Source of the DNA: an uncultured Verrucomicrobiae bacterium
GTDB lineage: Bacteria; Verrucomicrobiota; Verrucomicrobiia; Chthoniobacterales; UBA10450
Direction: 5' to 3'
Assembly (NCBI GenBank): GCA_963834385.1
Contig: CAWIBO010000003.1
Span: forward strand, 224,001-288,000
Length of the DNA stretch: 64,000 nt
The translations under genes were made by a program, and so were the position numbers. How positions within the stretch are numbered: the stretch's first letter is position 1; each line of letters opens with the position of its first letter. A model generated the notes under the pieces. It had not been told where the DNA came from. It was given only the letters and a program-made list of their open reading frames with translations, and searched no databases. Of the stretch, positions 9,804 to 19,642 are shown one piece after another.

Positions 9804-10619
9804 TCAGGCGCTTTCCCGCGCCATTTCCTCTCCGCGGCGGGTGGCCGCTTCGATCGCGGCGGCGAGACCCTCGCCCGCTTTCATTTTCTGCATCGCGGCC
9901 AGGCCGGCGGCGGTTGTTCCTCCCGGCGTGACCACCTGCGAGATGAGTTCCGCGAGAGGCCGGCCGCTGGCCTGCGCCAGCCGGGCCGCTCCCAGGACCG
10001 TCTGCGTGGCCAGGATGAGTGAGTCTTCCGCTTTCAAGCCGACCCGCACCCCGCCATCCGCGAGCGCTTCAATGACGCTGTAGACAAAAGCGGGGCCGCT
10101 GCCGGCCAGGGCGGTGACGGCGTCAATCTGCGCGTCCGTCACTTCCACGACCGTGCCGATGGCGCCGAACATTCTGCGGGCCAGCCCGAGGTCAGCCGCG
10201 GTGGTGCGGGCGCCCGGTGCGATGGCGGTGGCGGCCGCGCCCACCGCCGAAGGGGTGTTCGTCATGGCGCGCATGAACCGCGCGGGCGCGACGGCCTCCA
10301 TGCTCTCGAGGCGGATGCCGGCGGCCAGCGAGATGACCGTGCGGTCTGCCAGTTTCTCCCCCAGCTCGCGCAGCACGGGCAGGACCACGGAGGGTTTCAC
10401 CGCCACCAGGATGATTTCGGCCGAGGCGGCAACCTCGGCGTTGTCCGCCGTGACTCTGATGCCGGTTTCGTCGTGCAGCTTCTGCCGCGCCGGTTCATTT
10501 GGCTCGCTCGCCAGGATGTCCCCGGGGCCGCAGAAACTCGCGCCGATGAGGCCGCGCATGACCGAGCCGGCCAGTTTGCCCGCGCCGATGAAGCCGAGCC
10601 GGTGATGCGGTGTTGTCAT
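9804..10619 (-). CDS. proC: Pyrroline-5-carboxylate reductase
   Basis: GFIGAGKL, ISLAAGI, RAMTNTP, TALAGSGPAF, VVTPGGTT. Confidence 0.95.
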   Translation of the reverse strand: MTTPHHRLGFIGAGKLAGSVMRGLIGASFCGPGDILASEPNEPARQKLHDETGIRVTADNAEVAASAEIILVAVKPSVVLPVLRELGEKLADRTVISLAAGIRLESMEAVAPARFMRAMTNTPSAVGAAATAIAPGARTTAADLGLARRMFGAIGTVVEVTDAQIDAVTALAGSGPAFVYSVIEALADGGVRVGLKAEDSLILATQTVLGAARLAQASGRPLAELISQVVTPGGTTAAGLAAMQKMKAGEGLAAAIEAATRRGEEMARESA

Positions 10620-10652
10620 TGAGAAAGGGGCGGAAGACCGCGATAGTATTCA

Positions 10653-11603
10653 ATGGTTGGCGCCGGTGTAAACTTTGGTCTCGATCTTGCCCAGGAGCTG
10701 GCGGAGCTGAAACGGGAGCGCAACGCCATTGTCCTGGCGCACAACTACCAGGTGCCGGAGCTGCAGGACGCGGCCGATTACGTCGGGGATTCGCTCGGGC
10801 TCAGCTACAAGGCGCGCGAGACCGAGGCGGACGTCATTCTTTTTTGCGGGGTGCATTTCATGGCCGAGACGGCCAAGATCATCAACCCGGGCAAGCGCGT
10901 CATCCTGCCCGATCTCGACGCCGGTTGCTCGCTTTCCGAATCCTGCCCGCCGGAAAAGCTGGCGGCCTTTTTGCAGGAACACGCCGACAAAAACTATTAC
11001 GTCATCGCCTACATCAATTGCAGCGCGGGCGTGAAGGCGCTTTCCGACATCATTTGCACGAGCGGCAACGCCGAGAAGATCGTCCGGGCCGCGCCCGCGG
11101 ACCGGAACATCCTTTTCGTGCCCGACCAGAATCTGGGCGCGTGGGTCATGGAACGGACCGGGCGCAGAATGGATCTCTGGCAGGGCAACTGTTATGTGCA
11201 CGTCGAGTTCACCGCCCGCAGCATCGGCCGCATCCGCGACGAGTATCCGGGGGCGCCGGTGGTGGCCCATCCCGAATGCACCCACGCCGTCCGTCTGCTC
11301 GCCGATGAAGTTTGTTCCACGGAAAAAATGGTGAGCTTCTGCCGGGAATCGCCCGCGCAGACCATCATCGTCGTGACCGAGGCCGGCATGCTGCACCGGC
11401 TGCAAAAGGAGGTCCCCGGCAAACAGTTCATCCCGGGTCCGACCGACAATTGTTTCTGCGGGGAGTGTCGCTTCATGAAAATGAACACGCTGGAGAAGGC
11501 GGTCGATGCGCTGCGCCGGATGGAGCCGGAGATCATTTTGCCGGAGGAACTGCGCCGGCGGGCGGAGGCGCCCATCCAGCGCATGCTCGAGCTGAGCCGC
11601 TAA
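10653..11603 (+). CDS. nadA: Quinolinate synthase
   Basis: LAHNYQ, GDSLGL, FCGVHFMAETAKI, AGCSL, YINCSA, CTSGNA, AHPEC, CRFMK. Confidence 0.96.
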   Translation: MVGAGVNFGLDLAQELAELKRERNAIVLAHNYQVPELQDAADYVGDSLGLSYKARETEADVILFCGVHFMAETAKIINPGKRVILPDLDAGCSLSESCPPEKLAAFLQEHADKNYYVIAYINCSAGVKALSDIICTSGNAEKIVRAAPADRNILFVPDQNLGAWVMERTGRRMDLWQGNCYVHVEFTARSIGRIRDEYPGAPVVAHPECTHAVRLLADEVCSTEKMVSFCRESPAQTIIVVTEAGMLHRLQKEVPGKQFIPGPTDNCFCGECRFMKMNTLEKAVDALRRMEPEIILPEELRRRAEAPIQRMLELSR

Positions 11604-11699
11604 ATCAGGGGGCAGCCCGCGCAGGGACGAGGGATCGCTCACGCCGCCGGGGCGAACTCTTCGCTTGTCACCCATGGCGGCTCAATCTTCTATTCTTCG

Positions 11700-12941
11700 A
11701 TGCAGCGGCCTTCCCTTCTCATGATGCTGGTGGTGTTCCTCCTCGGCATCATCATCATCCGGGAACCGCGCTTCGCCGCGCTGGAGGAAAATTTCCTGCG
11801 CTGGCTCCTCCATAACTCCCGGGGGGGCGCCCGCAGCGTCCCGCTCACCGTGGTCGAGGTCGGGCGCGACCGGCTCCTGGAACAGAAGGATGACGACAAG
11901 GGAGCTGTCGAAGCCTTTATGCGGGGCGGCGGCACGGTCGTTTCCCCCCTGGAATACGCGCTCTTCCTGCAATCGGTCCTCGATTTTCAGCCGACCGTGA
12001 TTGCCTTCGAGAATATCTTGCGCTGGCGCGAGCGCGACAAGATGCAGGAGCAGGTCTTTCTCGACCAGGCCATGCGGGTGCCCAAGCTCCTGTTGGCGGC
12101 GGAACTGACCACCGCGCCCGACCCGGATGCGCCGGGAGGCGATGTCGTCGGGTTCACCCAGGTGCGGGGGAAACGCGGCGACTTGATGGAATACACCGGG
12201 ATCAGCCGGCAGGCCGGGGAGGATCTCCGCCTGATCTCCACCGCAGGCTTCACCAATCTGCCGGACGAAATTGCCGACGAGTTGCATGTGCCGCTGCTCT
12301 TTCGTTATCGCGGCGAGATCCTTCCTTCCTTCCCCCTGCAGGCCGTCCTGATGTGGCTGCGGGTGACACCGGCGGAGGTCAAGGTGGAGCTCGGTTCGCA
12401 CATCGAGCTGCCGGATGGAAAACGGATCCCGATCCGGCGCGACGGCACCATGACGGTCAACCCCAACGCCGCGCTCGGCGCCCGCCGGATGAGCCTGAAC
12501 GAGCTCCTGCTGGCCGCGCGGGAACGAACCCCGGCCGGCACCACCGCTTCCAATCTCGAAGCGATGCGCGAGCATATCGTGCTGGCACGGACGCCGCGCA
12601 ATCCGCTGGCCCCGCCGGATATCTTTGCCCCCGCCATCGCCACCATCCAGGCGGGCGCGTTCGTCAGCCGCGTCGGCCGGACCTTCGATTTCATCGTGAT
12701 CATCCTGACCACGGTCGCCCTGGCCTTCCTTCACCGCTTTTCGCGGCTCGATCTCTTCCTCGGGGGCTTTGCCGTGACCGCGGCCTACTGCCTGGTGGCG
12801 CTCGGAATTTTTTCCCGCTGGAACCTCTGGCTGCCCGGCCTCCTGCCGCTCGGCGCCATCTGGCTTCTGGTCTTTTTCGGCATGTTCGTGGCCCGGCCCC
12901 GCCGGAAGGAAGCGCCTGCCGCGGGCGCGCCGGCCGGCTGA
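11700..12941 (+). CDS. Membrane protein with CHASE2-like extracytoplasmic domain and three C-terminal TM helices
   Basis: N-terminal TM; AGFTNLP...VPLLFRYRGEILPSFPLQ...IPIRRDGTMTVN...HIVL resemble CHASE2 segments; three TM helices at the C-terminus and no output domain. Confidence 0.6.
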   Translation: MQRPSLLMMLVVFLLGIIIIREPRFAALEENFLRWLLHNSRGGARSVPLTVVEVGRDRLLEQKDDDKGAVEAFMRGGGTVVSPLEYALFLQSVLDFQPTVIAFENILRWRERDKMQEQVFLDQAMRVPKLLLAAELTTAPDPDAPGGDVVGFTQVRGKRGDLMEYTGISRQAGEDLRLISTAGFTNLPDEIADELHVPLLFRYRGEILPSFPLQAVLMWLRVTPAEVKVELGSHIELPDGKRIPIRRDGTMTVNPNAALGARRMSLNELLLAARERTPAGTTASNLEAMREHIVLARTPRNPLAPPDIFAPAIATIQAGAFVSRVGRTFDFIVIILTTVALAFLHRFSRLDLFLGGFAVTAAYCLVALGIFSRWNLWLPGLLPLGAIWLLVFFGMFVARPRRKEAPAAGAPAG

Positions 12942-12970
12942 AACCTCCGGCCCGGGCCGGGATTATCCCT

Positions 12971-14347
12971 GTGAAATTCATCAACCTCACCCGCCGCACC
13001 GAGATCGGGGCGAATTGTTATTATCTCGAGGCGGCCGGGGAACGGTTTGTCCTCGACTGCGGCATGCATCCCAAGGCCCAGGGCGAGGAGGTAACGCCCA
13101 ACTTTGCCGCCCTGGGCGACCGCACCCCCGGGGCCATCATCGTTTCGCACGCACACCAGGACCACATCGGGACGCTTCCGCTCCTGATGCGCCGGTTCCC
13201 GGCGGCGCCGGTTTTCATGACCGAAGCCACGGCCGAGATCGGTGATGTCCTGCTGCACAATTCCGTCAACGTCATGACCCGGCAGCGCGAGGAACTGGGG
13301 ACGACGATGTATCCGCTCTTCACCCATCGGGAAGCGGGCAACGCCAACCAGTTGTGGCGCCGGTGCCCGTTCCGCCAGCCCTTTACCCTGGCCGGGGAAC
13401 GCGCCTCGGCCCAGGGCGAAGAGGGCGTCACTTTCGAGATGATCGATGCCGGGCACGTGCTCGGCTCGGCCGGGATTCTTCTCCGCGCTGAAGGGCGGAC
13501 CATTTTTTACACCGGCGATGTCAACTTCGACGACCAGACGCTGATGAAAGGCGCGGAGTATCCCGGGCAGGGGATCGACGTCATGATCATCGAGAACACC
13601 CGGGGCGACAACGCGCTCCCGGAGAAATGGAGCCGGCAGACCGAGGAGGAGCGCTTCATCGCGGCCATCGAAGCCGCTTTCGAACGCGGCGGCTGTGTCC
13701 TCATTCCCGTTTTTGCCCTGGGCAAGACGCAGGAGGTCCTGGCGATGTTCCACAAGTTTCGCCGGAACCGCCTCCTTCGTTCCTGCCCGATCTACATCGG
13801 CGGGCTCAGCACAAAGATGACCGAGATTTACGATCGCCGGGCCCTGACGAGCCGGCGGCATCTTCCGCGTCTCCAGCTCATGGAAGAACTCAGCCCTTTC
13901 GTGCTGAACGGCAAGACCATCGCGGAAGCGCCGGCCAAGCCGGGCCGGATTTACGCCCTCTCCAGCGGGATGATGACGCCCAAGACTCTTTCCAATATTT
14001 TCGCGCGCCAGATCCTCGAGCATCCGCAACACTCGATTTTCTTCGTCGGTTACGCCGATCCGGCCTCGCCTGCCGGCCTGATCCGCGCCGCCGGGCCGGA
14101 CGACCCCGTGTTGCTTGATCCGGATGAGAAACCGTTGCGCCTGCGCTGCGCGATCGAGCAGTTCCAGTTCAGCGCCCATGCCTCGCGCGAGTCGCTCATT
14201 GATTATGTGCGGCGGGTCCGCCCGAAAAAAATCGTGCTGGTCCATGGCGATCTCCCGGCCATCGAACGGATGCACGCGGAGTACGCCGCCCTGCTCCCGG
14301 AGTGCGAGGTCATCGTGCCTCCGCCCGGGGTCGAGCTCGAGCTGTAG
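12971..14347 (+). CDS. MBL-fold metallo-hydrolase, beta-CASP family (RNA-processing exonuclease-like)
   Basis: EIGANC, LDCGMH, SHAHQDHIG, AGHVLGS, YTGD, LIPVFALGKTQE, SSGMM, FSAHA, LVHGD. GTG start at 12971. Confidence 0.92.
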   Translation: MKFINLTRRTEIGANCYYLEAAGERFVLDCGMHPKAQGEEVTPNFAALGDRTPGAIIVSHAHQDHIGTLPLLMRRFPAAPVFMTEATAEIGDVLLHNSVNVMTRQREELGTTMYPLFTHREAGNANQLWRRCPFRQPFTLAGERASAQGEEGVTFEMIDAGHVLGSAGILLRAEGRTIFYTGDVNFDDQTLMKGAEYPGQGIDVMIIENTRGDNALPEKWSRQTEEERFIAAIEAAFERGGCVLIPVFALGKTQEVLAMFHKFRRNRLLRSCPIYIGGLSTKMTEIYDRRALTSRRHLPRLQLMEELSPFVLNGKTIAEAPAKPGRIYALSSGMMTPKTLSNIFARQILEHPQHSIFFVGYADPASPAGLIRAAGPDDPVLLDPDEKPLRLRCAIEQFQFSAHASRESLIDYVRRVRPKKIVLVHGDLPAIERMHAEYAALLPECEVIVPPPGVELEL

Positions 14348-15108
14348 TGAAGATCGTTTCCTGGAACATCAATTCGCTCCGGAAACGGCAGGAGCGCCTG
14401 CTGGGCTGGCTGCAGGCCACCGCGCCCGACGTGGTTTGTCTCCAGGAAACCAAATGCACGGACGCGTTGTTTCCCCAGGCGGACCTGGAGGCGGTCGGTT
14501 ACCACGCGGTTTTTCACGGTCAAAAGTCGTACAACGGCGTGGCCATCCTCGCCCGGACCCGGCCCACGGAGGTCGTGGCCGGGCTCGGGAATGCCGAGGA
14601 TGCGCAGGCGCGTCTCCTGGCCGCCACCGTGGACGGGTTGCGCATTTATTCCGTTTACGCTCCCAACGGCCAGGCGGTCGGGTCGGAGGCCTATCTTTAC
14701 AAACTCGCCTGGTATCAGCGGCTCAAGGCGCGGTTGCAGGCGGAAAAGACCGGGACCCTGGTGGTTTGCGGCGATTTCAACGTCGCGCCGGCCGATGAGG
14801 ATGTGCACGACCCGGCGCTTTGGCGCGGCGCCATCATGTGCTCCGAGGGCGAGCGGGCGGCCTTCACCGATTTGTGCGAGATTGGGCTCATCGATACCCT
14901 CCGCCTGCATCATCGCGAAGCCGGCATTTTCAGCTGGTGGGATTACCGCATGCTTGCCTTCCCGAAAAACCGGGGGCTTCGCATCGACGCCATCCTCGCC
15001 GGGAAGGAAACCGCGGCCCGTTGTCGCGCCGCCGGGGTGGAGCGCGAAATGCGCAAGGGCAGCGAGCCCTCCGATCACGCCCCGGTCTGGGCGGAATTTT
15101 CCGGATGA
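14347..15108 (+). CDS. xth: Exodeoxyribonuclease III
   Basis: KIVSWNINS, CLQETK, YNGVAIL, VYAPNG, CGDFNVA, FSWWDYR, GLRID, PSDHAPV. Confidence 0.95.
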   Translation: MKIVSWNINSLRKRQERLLGWLQATAPDVVCLQETKCTDALFPQADLEAVGYHAVFHGQKSYNGVAILARTRPTEVVAGLGNAEDAQARLLAATVDGLRIYSVYAPNGQAVGSEAYLYKLAWYQRLKARLQAEKTGTLVVCGDFNVAPADEDVHDPALWRGAIMCSEGERAAFTDLCEIGLIDTLRLHHREAGIFSWWDYRMLAFPKNRGLRIDAILAGKETAARCRAAGVEREMRKGSEPSDHAPVWAEFSG

Positions 15109-16952
15109 AACCGCGCCGCAAGGTCAACCGTCCGCCGGCGCAGCCCCTCATGGTTTTCGACGGCGACTGCCATTTTTGCCGGCGTTGGATCGAACGCTGG
15201 CGTGAGATGACCGGGGGCCGGGTGGAATACCTCCCGTCGCAAAAGGTGGCCTCCCGGTTCCCCGAGATTCCGGCGGAGGAATGGGCGAACGCGGTGCAGT
15301 TGATCGAGCCGGACGGGACGGTTTACCGCGCGGCCGAGGCGGTCTTTCGGGCCTTGAGTTACGGCCGGCGCGGCGCCTGGCTTTCGGTTCTTTACGACCG
15401 GCTGCCCGGCTTCGCTCCCGTGACCGAGGCGGCGTATCGCATGGTGGCCGGGAGCCGGACGGCGGCTTCGCGGGCGACCCGCCTGCTTTGGGGGACCGAT
15501 GTGCGCCGGCCCACCTATGCGGCCGCGCGGGAACTTTTCCTCCGCGCGCTCGGCGCCATTTATTTGGTCGCTTTCGTTTCCTTCTGGGTGCAGGCCGAAG
15601 GGCTGGTCGGCAGCCGGGGCATCCTTCCCGTGGCCGACTTCCTGGAGGCGGCCCGCGCGCATTTCGGAGGGAGCGCCCCGGGTTCGCTGCCGACTCTTTT
15701 CTGGCTGGATGCGAGCGACGCCACACTCCATCTCCTTTGCGCCGCCGGGGTTGTTCTATCCCTCTGCCTTCTGGCCGGGTTTGCGCCGGTCATTTCGCTC
15801 ATCGGGCTTTTCCTCGCCTACCTTTCCCTGACCGTGGGGGGCCAGGCTTTCCTGAGTTTTCAATGGGACATCCTCCTCATCGAAACCGGGTTTTGCGCGA
15901 TCTTCCTCGCACCGGCGGGTTGGTGGCTCTCCCGGGCGCGCACCCGCCCCGTTTCCCGGGCCGGGCTTTTCCTCCTCAAGCTCCTTCTCTTCAAACTGAT
16001 GTTTATGTCGGGCGCGGTGAAGCTGACCAGCGGCGACCCGAGCTGGGCGGGGTTGAGCGCGCTGAATTACCACTATGAAACCCAGCCGCTCCCGACCGTG
16101 CTCGGCTGGTGGATGGCGCAGGGCCCGGGCTGGCTCAAGGCGGGGACCACCTTCTTTATCCTTTTTGCGGAACTGGCCGTCCCTTTCCTGATCTGGGCAC
16201 CTCGTCGTCTGCGCCTCATCGCCGCCTCCCTTCTGGCCGGCCTCCAGCTCGGCATCATGCTCACGGGAAATTTTGCCTTCTTCAATTTGCTCGCGCTCGC
16301 GCTGGGCCTTCTTCTTCTGGATGACACCATCCTCGGTCGGCGCCGTCCGCAGGCCGGCCCGCCCCCGGACGGGTTCGGGCTCTGGTGGCGCCGCGCCGGC
16401 GCCCTTGTCCTCCTGCTGACGCTGCCGTTTCATCTCGTCCTGATCGTTTCCTCTGTGCGGCCCACCCTGGAGTGGCCGCGGCCGGTCACGCGGGCGTATG
16501 CCGTTCTGGCGCCCTTTCATATCGTCAACGGTTACGGTCTTTTCCGGGTGATGACCCGGACCCGGCCGGAGATCGTGATCGAGGGGAGCGCCGACGGGAT
16601 TGACTGGAAACCGTATGAGTTCCGCTGGAAACCAGGTCCGTTGGACGGGGCGCCGCGCTGGGTGGCGCCGCATCAGCCGCGGCTCGACTGGCAGATGTGG
16701 TTTGCGGCGCTGGGGCGCTACGACATGAACCCGTGGTTTTTGCGGCTCCTGGAGCGTCTCTTTGAGAATGAGCCGTCTGTCACCGGCCTGCTGGCGAAGA
16801 ACCCGTTCCCGGGGGAGCCGCCCCGGTACCTCCGGGCGCGGCTTTTCCGTTATCACTTCACCGATCCGGCCACGCGGCGGGAAACCGGCGCGTGGTGGCG
16901 CGCGCATGAGCTGGGCGAATACATTCCGACGGTCTCCCAGCGGGGCGAGTGA
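15105..16952 (+). CDS. Lipase maturation factor (LMF1) family membrane protein with N-terminal DCC1/DUF393 thiol-disulfide domain
   Basis: N-terminal [12 protein letters not shown] motifs [59 protein letters not shown]. Confidence 0.9.
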   Translation: MKPRRKVNRPPAQPLMVFDGDCHFCRRWIERWREMTGGRVEYLPSQKVASRFPEIPAEEWANAVQLIEPDGTVYRAAEAVFRALSYGRRGAWLSVLYDRLPGFAPVTEAAYRMVAGSRTAASRATRLLWGTDVRRPTYAAARELFLRALGAIYLVAFVSFWVQAEGLVGSRGILPVADFLEAARAHFGGSAPGSLPTLFWLDASDATLHLLCAAGVVLSLCLLAGFAPVISLIGLFLAYLSLTVGGQAFLSFQWDILLIETGFCAIFLAPAGWWLSRARTRPVSRAGLFLLKLLLFKLMFMSGAVKLTSGDPSWAGLSALNYHYETQPLPTVLGWWMAQGPGWLKAGTTFFILFAELAVPFLIWAPRRLRLIAASLLAGLQLGIMLTGNFAFFNLLALALGLLLLDDTILGRRRPQAGPPPDGFGLWWRRAGALVLLLTLPFHLVLIVSSVRPTLEWPRPVTRAYAVLAPFHIVNGYGLFRVMTRTRPEIVIEGSADGIDWKPYEFRWKPGPLDGAPRWVAPHQPRLDWQMWFAALGRYDMNPWFLRLLERLFENEPSVTGLLAKNPFPGEPPRYLRARLFRYHFTDPATRRETGAWWRAHELGEYIPTVSQRGE

Positions 16953-16958
16953 TGGCGG

Positions 16959-16986
16959 TTGTCGGCCGTCGGGTTTGCGCTATACT
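16959..16986 (+). promoter_or_regulatory. Putative sigma70 promoter of infA (TTGTCG-N16-TATACT), probably leaderless
   Basis: TATACT at 16981-16986 lies 6 nt before the GTG start, with no Shine-Dalgarno. Confidence 0.5.
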
Positions 16987-16992
16987 GTGCCC

Positions 16993-17211
16993 GTGCCAAA
17001 GGAAGCAGCGATCGTGACGGAAGGAACCGTGACCCAGGTTTTGCCGGGGACCATGTTCCGCGTCGATCTGCCGGGTCAGCGCAATGTGCTGGCCCATATT
17101 TCGGGCAAAATGCGGAAGCATTTTATCCGCATTGTCCCGGGTGACCGGGTGGAAGTTGAACTTTCGCCCTACGACCTGACGAAGGCGCGAATCATCTTTC
17201 GCGCGCAGTAG
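16993..17211 (+). CDS. infA: Translation initiation factor IF-1
   Basis: [25 protein letters not shown]...[38 protein letters not shown]. Confidence 0.97.
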   Translation: MPKEAAIVTEGTVTQVLPGTMFRVDLPGQRNVLAHISGKMRKHFIRIVPGDRVEVELSPYDLTKARIIFRAQ

Positions 17212-17232
17212 TCCCCGGGAAATCGAAGAGGG

Positions 17233-17261
17233 ACGCGCGCTCCTGCCCGGAGGCGCGTTTT
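17233..17261 (+). terminator. Possible intrinsic terminator after infA
   Basis: ACGCGC(G)CTCC-TGCCC-GGAGGCGCGT stem followed by a short T-run. Confidence 0.4.
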
Positions 17262-17332
17262 ACCAATGAGAAGAGCCGGTTTACTGATTGCCAATCGTGC
17301 CGGATAGTAACAAAACAAACCTGGAGAATATT

Positions 17333-17707
17333 ATGGCTGACGAACTCAAATCGACAAACAGCGGAGTGCCCGCGGAGGCGCAGAACAAGGTGGAAAGCAG
17401 CAAGACGCACGCGCGCCGCGCGGCGGAAGACGCTCGCCGCGCCGCCGAGGAACTGAAAGCGGCCGCGACCGACGTGGCCGGCGAATATCGTGGTCGGGCC
17501 GAGGCGGCCTGGACCGATGCGCGCGGACGCGCCGAACAGGCCTGGGGCGATGCCCGTGGCCGGGCCGAGCAGGCCTGGGGCGACGCCAAGTATCGTGCCC
17601 GGACCCTGCAGGAGGATGGCGAACAGTACGTGCGCGAGAACCCGATGCGCGCGGTCTTCACCGCTCTCGGCATCGGATTTGTCCTCGGACTCATTTTCCG
17701 TCGCTAG
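17333..17707 (+). CDS. DUF883/ElaB/YqjD family tail-anchored protein
   Basis: Helical Ala/Arg-rich body and C-terminal YVRENPMRAVFTALGIGFVLGLIFRR; GGAGA SD upstream. Confidence 0.88.
   Translation: MADELKSTNSGVPAEAQNKVESSKTHARRAAEDARRAAEELKAAATDVAGEYRGRAEAAWTDARGRAEQAWGDARGRAEQAWGDAKYRARTLQEDGEQYVRENPMRAVFTALGIGFVLGLIFRR
17489..17587 (+). repeat. Three 33-bp in-frame tandem repeats (RGRAE[AQ]AW[TG]DA)
   Basis: cgtggtcgggccgaggcggcctggaccgatgcg / cgcggacgcgccgaacaggcctggggcgatgcc / cgtggccgggccgagcaggcctggggcgacgcc. Confidence 0.85.
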
Positions 17708-17719
17708 CCTCGCTGCCGC

Positions 17720-18151
17720 ATGGCTGGAGGACGCATGCCGTTCCGCAACCCCGCGGGGCGCGCAGGCCTGCTGAATAATGTCGTCGGGCTCGCGCACTCG
17801 CTGGCCGTCTACTTTGAAAGCCGGTTTGCCCTTTTTGCCGCCGAGTCAAAGCGGGCGCTGGTGCACCTGCTTATCCTGGTTGGCTGCCTCATCGCGGCCG
17901 CCATGCTCACGGCGTTCGGTTATGTCTTCCTCCTGGTCACGGCCATCTTCGGCCTGGCCCGGCTCCTGGAAGTTTCCTGGATCTGGATCGCGCTTGGTTC
18001 GGCCCTGGTGCATTTCACGCTCGCCGTGATCTGCGTCCTGGTGGCCCGCCAGCGCGTTCGGCATCCGCTCTTCCAATCCACCGCCCTTGAACTAAAGAAG
18101 GACCGCGAATGGCTGCAAAACCTGGATCGTCCCGAGACCTCCCCGCGCTAA
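17720..18151 (+). CDS. YqjE-like (Phage_holin_3_6 family) two-TM membrane protein
   Basis: ESRFALFAAE, two TM helices, FQSTALELKKDREWL; directly after a YqjD homolog. Confidence 0.8.
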   Translation: MAGGRMPFRNPAGRAGLLNNVVGLAHSLAVYFESRFALFAAESKRALVHLLILVGCLIAAAMLTAFGYVFLLVTAIFGLARLLEVSWIWIALGSALVHFTLAVICVLVARQRVRHPLFQSTALELKKDREWLQNLDRPETSPR

Positions 18152-18486
18152 GGGAGGAAATCGCGCTCTCGCGCGCCCGCCTCGGGCGCGACGTGGAAGG
18201 ACTGCGCTACGAGCTCGATTTTTCGCGCAAGATCAAGCGTTCCTTCCAGGAGAACACTGCCACCTGGATCGTTGCCGTCGCGGCGGTCACCGCTGCCGTC
18301 GTGTTTCTGCCCGTCCGCAAGAAGGAGGTCTACGTCGCCAGAAAAGGGGAGGAGGCAAAACGCAAGGGCATCCTGCAAGCCGGCGTCGCCATCGGTGCCC
18401 TTCGCCTCGTCGGCGTTCTCATCCGGCCCCTCGTCATCTCTTTCGTGACCCGCAAGCTCGGCAGCATGGGCGGGCGCATGCGCTAG
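18109..18486 (+). CDS. YqjK-like small membrane protein
   Basis: LREEIALSRARL, one TM helix; third gene of a yqjDEK-like arrangement, overlapping the end of the yqjE-like gene. Confidence 0.65.
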   Translation: MAAKPGSSRDLPALREEIALSRARLGRDVEGLRYELDFSRKIKRSFQENTATWIVAVAAVTAAVVFLPVRKKEVYVARKGEEAKRKGILQAGVAIGALRLVGVLIRPLVISFVTRKLGSMGGRMR

Positions 18487-18538
18487 GCCGGCCCCTTTTC
18501 GTTTTACGCCGGCGGACGGGAAGGCTAATCATTGGCCC

Positions 18539-19640
18539 GTGCGCCAGTTCACCAAAACCTCGGCCTCTCCCGCGCCGGGCGCGCACGTGGACGACTACCT
18601 CGCGGTGGGCCAGCAGGCCGGTGCCTCCGACATCCACCTCGGGGTGGGCGCGCCCCCGACCTGGCGCCTGCACGGAATCTTGCAGCCCATCTGGCCCGAT
18701 CTCCCTCCTCTGACCCCGCCCGAAACGGCCGCCCTGGCCGAGGGATTCCTTCCGCCCGAACAGAAACAACTCATGGAGGAACGGGGCGACGCCGATTTCG
18801 CCTACGCGAACGCGAACGGTCGCTACCGCACGAGCGTGGTCCGGCAGCGGCTTGGGACCGACATTGTCTTCCGCATCATCAACAGCGAGGTCCGGAGCAT
18901 GGACGAACTCGGGCTGCCGGAGCATCTCAAGCTGCTTACGCGCTATCAAAACGGCCTCATCCTCGTGACCGGCTCGGTCGGGAGCGGGAAATCGACCACC
19001 CTGGCTGCGCTGGTCGAGCAGGTGAACCTCGAGCGCCGGGAGCACATCATCACGCTCGAGGATCCAATTGAGTACATCTTCGAGCCCAAGGGTTGTCATA
19101 TCACCCAGCGCGAGGTGCACACGCACACCGTCTCGTTCAGTGCCGCCCTGCGCGGCGCCCTGCGCGAGGATCCCGACGTCATCATGGTGGGGGAAATGCG
19201 TGATCTCGAGACCATTTCCCTCGCCATCACCGCCTCCGAGACCGGTCACCTCGTCCTCGGTACTTTGCACACTGGCAACGCCTCGCGCACGCTGGACCGC
19301 CTGCTCGATGTCTTCCCGGTGGACCAGCAGGAGCAGATCCGGATCATGGTCAGCGAATCGCTCCGCGGCATCATCAGCCAGCAACTGGTGCCGCGGGCGG
19401 ACGGCCAGGGGCGCGTCCTCGCCCTCGAGACCCTGACCAACACTCCGGCGGTGGCCAATGTCATCCGCGAAGCCCGCACCTTCATGCTTCCCGGCATTAT
19501 CCAGACCGGCAAAAAAGCAGGGGATGCAGCTCATGGACGATTCCCTTGTCGCCTTGCACGGGCAGGGCTTGATCAGCGCCGAGGAAGCCGAGGCCCGGGC
19601 CGAACAAAAACAGCAGATGCGTTCCCTTCTCGGGAAATAG
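18539..19640 (+). CDS. pilT: Type IV pilus retraction ATPase (PilT family), copy 1; +1 A in the A-run at 19511-19516
   Basis: ASDIHL, Walker [40 protein letters not shown]. The conserved C-terminus [12 protein letters not shown]...LLGK* is in the +1 frame and ends at 19640. Confidence 0.88.
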
Positions 19641-19642
19641 AG

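Noticed and set aside
17720..18151. Prophage signal from a holin-family protein plus the nearby HNH nuclease
   Set aside because: The gene is a YqjE-like member of a yqjDEK-type chromosomal operon, and no phage structural, integrase or lysin genes are present.
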